In this document: positions 25,232 to 30,110 of the stretch, one piece after another
How positions within the stretch are numbered: the stretch's first letter is position 1
How the letters are laid out: each line of letters begins with the position of its first letter
Virus record (IMG/VR): IMGVR_UViG_3300046171_000005
Location: 1 to 30,110 of that record
Length of the DNA: 30,110 nucleotides
DNA from: a virus
Taxonomy: Duplodnaviria; Caudoviricetes
Direction: 5' to 3' (one strand)
The notes under the pieces: generated by a model
What the model was told of the DNA's origin: nothing
What the model saw: the letters and a program-made list of their open reading frames with translations, nothing else
Databases searched by the model: none
Program-made: the position numbers and the translations under genes

Positions 25232-26491
25232 TTAAACTATATATCTTGTATCTACATTCATGGGTTGCGCCCAGTCAGTTCTAGTTGGGCCATCAACAAC
25301 ACAGCCATATCGAAATGCATCCGCAGCATGTGAACTCCAATCGTGTAGGGGTTTATTTTTAAATGTTTGCATTCTATCGTCAAACTGTTTTCGATATTGT
25401 CGCAAACAATCAATACCATATTTACATCTGTTTTTATCAAACCAACAGTTATCTAAATTATTTCTCACAGCTTCTATACCATGATCTACTTCTAATCGAG
25501 GACATACTTCAAAGTCTAATCCAAGATCATAAGCAACTTCTAACCTGGACTTACCAGTACCAAGTTCTCTTGTTGTAATATCGTGTGGGCCAATATGTCT
25601 ACCATACTTATATCCTTTATCTCTAAGGACTGTAGCATAATGTCCAAGTGATTCACCTGATGTTTCATAATAATCAATGAGTCTTACTTCTTCACCAGTT
25701 CGTTGTGCAAACCAAATAGAAGTTGAATCACCTATTCCTAAATCCCACCATGTTTCTACATCCAGGCTAGGATCATAATCTACTTCTGTAATCCTATTTT
25801 CTTTTTCAGCTTTTTGAATTTGTTTCCCATAATAAGCACCAGAGACTGCAGCTTGAAAACTACACTCATACTCTTGCTCAAATTGATCTTCTGGCATAGT
25901 TTCTCTAGCGGATTCCAATTCTTCAGCTGAGATAATTTCTGTTTCACTTGCTCTATATAATTGTGCATACCAATCCTTTCCTGTTCTTTTTGCAAAATCA
26001 TAAACATCCCAGAACTGATTATGTCCCATTGGAGTTCCAATAAAGATTACATAACCAAGTTTGTCTGACACAGCTGGTCTAACAACTTCTGTCCATGTTC
26101 TAGGAGACATCAATGCAAACTCATCCATGCATACGCCATCAAATCCCAATCCACGAAGTGCATCAGGATTATCAGAGCCAAAGATTTGAACTCTTGATCC
26201 ATTCCATAGATCAACTTTGAGTTCAGTCTCATGACGCTTGCCACCAAGTTTCATTAAGGGTTCCGTATATTCTTTTAAATAGTCGTAAGCGACTGCCTTA
26301 CCCTGGCGATATGTTGGTGCTATATACGCCAATCTTGCATTTTGCTTTTCACATGCAGTCATAATTAAATGATTGATTGCAAATACGGTCTTACCGAATC
26401 TGCGGTGACAGCAAATAACATTAAATCTTTTTAGTTCGTTATGAATCTTCTCCTGTAAAGGGCGAGGTTCATAAGGTATATCTATTTGCAT
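25232..26491 (-). CDS. terL: terminase large subunit
   Basis: Walker A HRRFGKT, Walker B VCMDE, GTP.G, nuclease WDLG and HAADAFRY motifs. Confidence 0.95.
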   Translation of the reverse strand: MQIDIPYEPRPLQEKIHNELKRFNVICCHRRFGKTVFAINHLIMTACEKQNARLAYIAPTYRQGKAVAYDYLKEYTEPLMKLGGKRHETELKVDLWNGSRVQIFGSDNPDALRGLGFDGVCMDEFALMSPRTWTEVVRPAVSDKLGYVIFIGTPMGHNQFWDVYDFAKRTGKDWYAQLYRASETEIISAEELESARETMPEDQFEQEYECSFQAAVSGAYYGKQIQKAEKENRITEVDYDPSLDVETWWDLGIGDSTSIWFAQRTGEEVRLIDYYETSGESLGHYATVLRDKGYKYGRHIGPHDITTRELGTGKSRLEVAYDLGLDFEVCPRLEVDHGIEAVRNNLDNCWFDKNRCKYGIDCLRQYRKQFDDRMQTFKNKPLHDWSSHAADAFRYGCVVDGPTRTDWAQPMNVDTRYIV

Positions 26492-27018
26492 TAATTGTTT
26501 AAAGTTTCTGCATCCATTAATACTTCAGCTAATGTATTAGCTCTATTAGGTGTTTGTTTTGCAAACTTAGAATCTAATAATTCTTCTGCTGCTAATTTAT
26601 AATTTCTATCTTTTAATGCATCAAGCATTTTTTTAAAACCTAAAGTTCCTTTTTTTCCCATTTGAAAATTCATTTCAACTAAAACTCCAAATGCTTCAGG
26701 ACTAATTGAATCTTCATCTATTATAGACTTAGCATTATTTAATGCTTTATCAAAGTCTTTATCATACAAATCAAGTAATCCTTCTATATTAGTTGGAACT
26801 TTTTCACCTTTAATTACTTTGTGTCCAACTCCTACAGTTTCATTTCCAAGTGTATCTAAATAAACATTTTGTCTAAAACCTTCATGCTCTTTTATTCTAT
26901 CTTTAATTGAACTATATGGATCAGAATTATTTGTTATTGCTAGTAAACCTTCTGATCTAATCTCATCAACTGCTTGAGCTTTATTACTAGGTAGTAAAGC
27001 AAGTAATCCTTCAAGCAT
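26491..27018 (-). CDS. T4-type lysozyme (GH24 muramidase) with short N-terminal extension
   Basis: Start reassigned to 27018 (MLEGLL...); intact E-x8-D-x5-T triad in HEGFRQNVYLDTLGNETVGVGH; FQMG, QTPNRA motifs. Confidence 0.88.
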   Translation of the reverse strand: MLEGLLALLPSNKAQAVDEIRSEGLLAITNNSDPYSSIKDRIKEHEGFRQNVYLDTLGNETVGVGHKVIKGEKVPTNIEGLLDLYDKDFDKALNNAKSIIDEDSISPEAFGVLVEMNFQMGKKGTLGFKKMLDALKDRNYKLAAEELLDSKFAKQTPNRANTLAEVLMDAETLNN

Positions 27019-27019
27019 A

Positions 27020-27307
27020 TTATTTCTTTTTTCTCCAGCCAATAGTAACAGCAACAGGCTTATCATCATCACCTTGCAAAGTTTTAGTAACAGATGATAG
27101 TTTAGAATGTACATATGGTGCTGACTCCTTTGCAGCCCACATCTTCTTTTCAACAGAAACCTGTGGGTTATTCAATAGGTTTAACATATACTTTAATGGT
27201 GTTGTTTGACCTTTACCTAGTTTAGCATCTAGGCGTTCTTGCTTTGTTCCAATAGAAACACCGCTTGGTCTACCTGCACCTTTACGTTTTCCTCCGTGTC
27301 CAGCCAT
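27020..27307 (-). CDS. terS: terminase small subunit (probable)
   Basis: HGGKRKGAGRP N-terminus, TPL.YML, AAK..APYVH.KL; upstream of TerL. Confidence 0.65.
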   Translation of the reverse strand: MAGHGGKRKGAGRPSGVSIGTKQERLDAKLGKGQTTPLKYMLNLLNNPQVSVEKKMWAAKESAPYVHSKLSSVTKTLQGDDDKPVAVTIGWRKKK

Positions 27308-27606
27308 TATATTAACCCTGTTAAGTTTGCCAATAACATTTTTCTTAAATTCATTGGTGTAGATTTTACTTGTGGTTGACTCATTGCTTGCCCTGGCGTA
27401 CCCATTGTTTGTGGAGCAGGCATATTCATTGGCATTTGTGGTTTCATGTAAGGTGATAAATCTTTTGGGCCAACTCTTACGCCAAATATCTTTTCAATAT
27501 CAGCATTAGTTTTAACATCCATACCATCAAAGCGTGAACCTGGACTAACAACTTTATTGTTTTCTAGTGTAGCAACTTCATTGTCTACTGTTAAAAATTT
27601 CATCAT
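27307..27606 (-). CDS. hypothetical protein
   Basis: 99 aa, AAGGA RBS, Pro/Met/Gln-rich, TAATG coupling to TerS. Confidence 0.6.
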   Translation of the reverse strand: MMKFLTVDNEVATLENNKVVSPGSRFDGMDVKTNADIEKIFGVRVGPKDLSPYMKPQMPMNMPAPQTMGTPGQAMSQPQVKSTPMNLRKMLLANLTGLI

Positions 27607-27621
27607 ATGATTATCCTTTAA

Positions 27622-27888
27622 TTAGCAATTCCAAGCTCTAAGTGATTTGTTAATTCTAGAGTTCGGATCTCTTGCAGTCTTTGCAGAGGTTAATTTCTTT
27701 TTCATTCCCTTCATTCTAGCACAGAAGGATGCTCGTCTAGGGTTGCCTACCTTCTTACTAGGTGCTTTGAGGTTACGTTTCTTACCAGTCTTTGTTCTTC
27801 CCTTATTGTAAGATGCACGACCTTTGGCATTCAAACCCCCACTAGGGCTTTTACCTTCTTTACGTTGCCATGCTGGAGTCTTAGCCAT
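27622..27888 (-). CDS. basic protein, DUF6321-like
   Basis: Start probably 27888 (MAKTPAWQRKEGK); GGLN.KGRASY, RRASFCARM, DPNSRINKSLRAWNC motifs. Confidence 0.7.
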   Translation of the reverse strand: MAKTPAWQRKEGKSPSGGLNAKGRASYNKGRTKTGKKRNLKAPSKKVGNPRRASFCARMKGMKKKLTSAKTARDPNSRINKSLRAWNC

Positions 27889-28024
27889 GTTTCTTTTGTA
27901 CCTCAAATTTAGCTGTTAATGATGCTCCTTTGTGTGCCTTAAATTTACCTGAATGCTTCATCAACTTATAAGATGAACCTTTCTTCATCCAATGAAAACC
28001 AGCAGGAGCTTTAATTGATTTCAT
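27881..28024 (-). CDS. small basic protein (47 aa; not in ORF track)
   Basis: MKSIKAPAGFHWMKKGSSYKLMKHSGKFKAHKGASLTAKFEVQKKHG; alternative ATG at 28027. Confidence 0.7.
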   Translation of the reverse strand: MKSIKAPAGFHWMKKGSSYKLMKHSGKFKAHKGASLTAKFEVQKKHG

Positions 28025-28254
28025 CATTTCTGTTTTCTCTTTCTTCCTGATGCAGTAACAGACCAGCTTACTCTTTTCGGCCCAGTCTTTTTAGCTGCTT
28101 CTTTTTTAGTTATGCGACTTGCTACCTTTTTAGGTCTACAAGCAGGGTATGGTCGGTTCTTATCTTTCTTTCCGCTACGCCCACACTTCTTTCCTGTCTT
28201 AACATCACGCCAGTCCTCCTTGAACCACTTGCGCAAACCCCCCTTATACGCCAT
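28024..28254 (-). CDS. small basic protein
   Basis: GLRKWFKEDW.DVKTGK.CGRS..YP.CRP motif; TAATG coupling. Confidence 0.75.
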   Translation of the reverse strand: MAYKGGLRKWFKEDWRDVKTGKKCGRSGKKDKNRPYPACRPKKVASRITKKEAAKKTGPKRVSWSVTASGRKRKQK

Positions 28255-28394
28255 TAGTACTTGCCACCACGCTTCTTATACGTTTTGACAAGCCATGCGT
28301 TAGCATAAGCACTAGGATAGACCTTGAACTTGCGTTTAGCCTCTGATTTTACCCTAGAGTATAGGGCTTTATTCTTAGGTTTAGGTGATGCCAT
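28254..28394 (-). CDS. small basic protein, DUF5872-like (46 aa; not in ORF track)
   Basis: MASPKPKNKALYSRVKSEAKRKFKVYPSAYANAWLVKTYKKRGGKY. Confidence 0.75.
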   Translation of the reverse strand: MASPKPKNKALYSRVKSEAKRKFKVYPSAYANAWLVKTYKKRGGKY

Positions 28395-28395
28395 A

Positions 28396-28515
28396 TTAAA
28401 CTATGAACTTTTTATTAGTTTCCTGTACAATCATGCCAGGTTTCTTTTTCTTTTTAGCCTCCATGATCTTCTTTTTAAGAGAATCAGGTAGAGTCATTTG
28501 TTTCTTAGTAAGCAT
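28396..28515 (-). CDS. small basic protein (39 aa; not in ORF track)
   Basis: MLTKKQMTLPDSLKKKIMEAKKKKKPGMIVQETNKKFIV; TAATG coupling. Confidence 0.65.
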   Translation of the reverse strand: MLTKKQMTLPDSLKKKIMEAKKKKKPGMIVQETNKKFIV

Positions 28516-28613
28516 TAGTAAGACATACCCTTCTTTTTAGTTTTCTTCTTTTTTTTCTTCTTCATTGGTGGTCTACCTTTAGTAGAACCATACGTACCTT
28601 TACCCATTGGCAT
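28515..28613 (-). CDS. small Lys-rich peptide (32 aa; not in ORF track)
   Basis: MPMGKGTYGSTKGRPPMKKKKKKKTKKKGMSY; AAGGAG RBS. Confidence 0.7.
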   Translation of the reverse strand: MPMGKGTYGSTKGRPPMKKKKKKKTKKKGMSY

Positions 28614-28657
28614 AGTTATCTCTCCTTTAAAATAGTGTTTAAATTGATTTTAAGGTA

Positions 28658-29356
28658 TCAAACAGACGAATCTGAGTCGATCAGGTCTGTATCTACCATA
28701 TTAAGGTTCCCTGCTACTGTACGCCTCTCTCCGTCACCCTCAAAGGGGTAGACACAATGCTGTGTCCAGGATGGAAACATCAGTAGTTTACCAACTTCGG
28801 GCTTGATAGTCCGTGAGAATGGTGGTCTTAGCTCCTCCAAACCCCGTATGCCTGTCTGTCCGAAGTGAAATTGCAGGAATCCGTCTGCGATCCCACTAGA
28901 ATTGTAGAGATCTGACGACTTATAGGCATCTTTCTCTGCAATCTGGGGTGGTATCTTAGTCCATGTGGTGAATGATAAGCCCATAAGCGTATCAACCCCG
29001 TGGTCATGCAAGGGATTGTAGTCTCTTTCGTATGAATGAACAGACCATAGGCTGTGAACATGTGGAGTTCTTTTTAATTGGTCAACTCCGATAGTCCTGC
29101 AAAACTGTTTTATGTACTCCTGGGACATATACGCCACAATATTAACAAATGGGGTTATCAATGGATCCTTTGAATCGATCTTTAACTGTTCCCCGTGGGA
29201 TATTTGACCTACCAGTTTATTTCCAAAATCCTCTCCACCCTTCTTGTGTCGTGCATCGAGGTATTCGTTCAAACCCCCTATGACCTTTTCTGGTAGCTGT
29301 GTCTCTAAAAATAGAACTGCTGGAGCAACTGAGAACTTCATGGTTATCTCTGTCAT
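28658..29356 (-). CDS. putative 2OG-Fe(II) oxygenase
   Basis: YNPLHDH, MFPSWTQHCVYPF and RRTVAGN motifs of the double-stranded beta-helix oxygenases. Confidence 0.85.
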   Translation of the reverse strand: MTEITMKFSVAPAVLFLETQLPEKVIGGLNEYLDARHKKGGEDFGNKLVGQISHGEQLKIDSKDPLITPFVNIVAYMSQEYIKQFCRTIGVDQLKRTPHVHSLWSVHSYERDYNPLHDHGVDTLMGLSFTTWTKIPPQIAEKDAYKSSDLYNSSGIADGFLQFHFGQTGIRGLEELRPPFSRTIKPEVGKLLMFPSWTQHCVYPFEGDGERRTVAGNLNMVDTDLIDSDSSV

Positions 29357-29361
29357 ATCTC

Positions 29362-29390
29362 TTTGTATCGTTTCCTTGTGTGTGTGTCAA
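29362..29390 (-). promoter_or_regulatory. putative leaderless sigma70 promoter
   Basis: TTGACA-17-TACAAA-5 nt-ATG(29356). Confidence 0.45.
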
Positions 29391-29702
29391 TTACGGAATA
29401 CTGTTTACAAACCTCCGTATATATATTTACCTCTACCCTTATATTATTTCTTCCTATCCCGTTCTAAAACCCCCCTCTTTCCTTTTACCTCTGTACCTAT
29501 TAGGTACTGTATACTCGTCTTGAATTATCCCCTTGCCTACGTTCTCTCTTTGATTGTGTACCTTGTGTGGTTGGGTACGAACTACGCCTTTATTCCCTAC
29601 CTCAAGTACGCTGACTAATGTTGTATATTCTACTACGTAAGTACAAGACTAAGTGTAAGTATCAATATCAATCAATGAGTGTTTGTTGGGCAATTTTATT
29701 TC

Positions 29703-29938
29703 GTCAACGAGAAGTACTTCGAGTACTTCGTTGCCGACACATCAACAGAGAATAACTAAAGCTCGACCAAATATGGCCGAGCGAACAAGCGTATTGTGAA
29801 TATAACTGCTCGCCGCAGGGGCTATATCTTTTTCTGTTAAAGCGATACCAGTCTTGAAGTCAATGCACGCAGGCTGAAAAGTGGTCGCACCTAAAGGTGC
29901 AACAACTTTCCGCATATGACTACTGCGAGTGGATCGCT
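29703..29938 (-). ncRNA. putative structured RNA (ncRNA or 5' leader) of unknown class
   Basis: Several nested helices, G-U pairs that form only on the minus strand, and TATAAT 7 nt upstream of the first helix. Confidence 0.55.
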
Positions 29939-29945
29939 AGTAAAT

Positions 29946-29951
29946 ATTATA
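29946..29951 (-). promoter_or_regulatory. -10 box upstream of structured RNA
   Basis: TATAAT on minus strand; no good -35; the region is very AT-rich, so a chance match is possible. Confidence 0.35.
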
Positions 29952-30026
29952 AGATATATTTATTATAATAATAAAGAAGTAATGAATGTATTGAATTAAT
30001 AAATAAATAAAAATAGGAGTATAACT

Positions 30027-30110
30027 ATGAATAAAAATGTAAAAACAATCTATAATGTAATCACAGAATTCTGGAAAGAATTACATGATGAATGTATGAC
30101 AAGTAATCCA
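30027..30110 (+). CDS. hypothetical protein, truncated by window end (start of divergent region)
   Basis: TAGGAG RBS; MNKNVKTIYNVITEFWKELHDECMTSNP, open to the edge. Confidence 0.55.
   Translation, partial: MNKNVKTIYNVITEFWKELHDECMTSNP

Noticed and set aside
1135-25578. Antisense plus-strand ORFs (e.g. 1135..1413, 4071..4352, 10132..10428, 12860..13279, 14148..14540, 15125..15367, 19384..19767, 22517..22762)
   Set aside because: Shadow frames opposite well-supported genes, with no recognisable motifs.
874-27153. Long N-terminal extensions in the ORF track (starts 1554, 2070, 5402, 6423, 27153)
   Set aside because: They overlap neighbouring genes; downstream ATGs at 1365, 2175, 5264, 6366 and 27018 fit RBS, promoter or gene packing better.
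29244-29618. ORFs 29244..29618 and 29299..29523 (+)
   Set aside because: They overlap the oxygenase antisense, and their composition simply reflects the pyrimidine-rich non-coding tract.
29357-30026. CRISPR mini-array or tRNA in the non-coding region
   Set aside because: No regularly spaced direct repeats; no cloverleaf with T-loop or D-loop signatures seen.
1-30110. Stop-codon reassignment or prophage/host boundary
   Set aside because: Genes tile densely under the standard code; no integrase, att site or host housekeeping genes seen.

Overview
AT-rich dsDNA tailed-phage genome segment, most consistent with a short-tailed (podovirus-type) phage of a low-GC, probably marine alphaproteobacterial host (host is inference). 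Left end, minus strand: HEXXH metallopeptidase, DUF968-like Zn/HNH protein and DUF6456-like protein. A divergent plus-strand DNA-processing operon follows (PD-(D/E)XK nuclease, SSB-like protein, small conserved ORFs). From 29356 down to 3507 runs a ~26-kb minus-strand block: 2OG-Fe(II) oxygenase, six tiny Lys/Arg-rich ORFs, TerS, lysozyme, TerL, portal, scaffold, major capsid, paired decoration-like genes, adaptor, tail hub, GNAT, ejection proteins, tail fibre with S74 chaperone, metallophosphoesterase, stand-alone TSCPD-like domain, holin-like and membrane genes. No integrase, polymerase, tRNA or CRISPR was seen. Most notable features absent from the ORF track: a ~240-nt multi-domain, possibly pseudoknotted minus-strand RNA upstream of the late block; a 44-aa Cys/His metallothionein-like ORF inside the tail module; three sigma70-type promoters placed for leaderless mRNAs of non-structural genes; and a CIRCE-like inverted repeat before scaffold/capsid. 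All family calls come from motif recognition by eye, not database searches.
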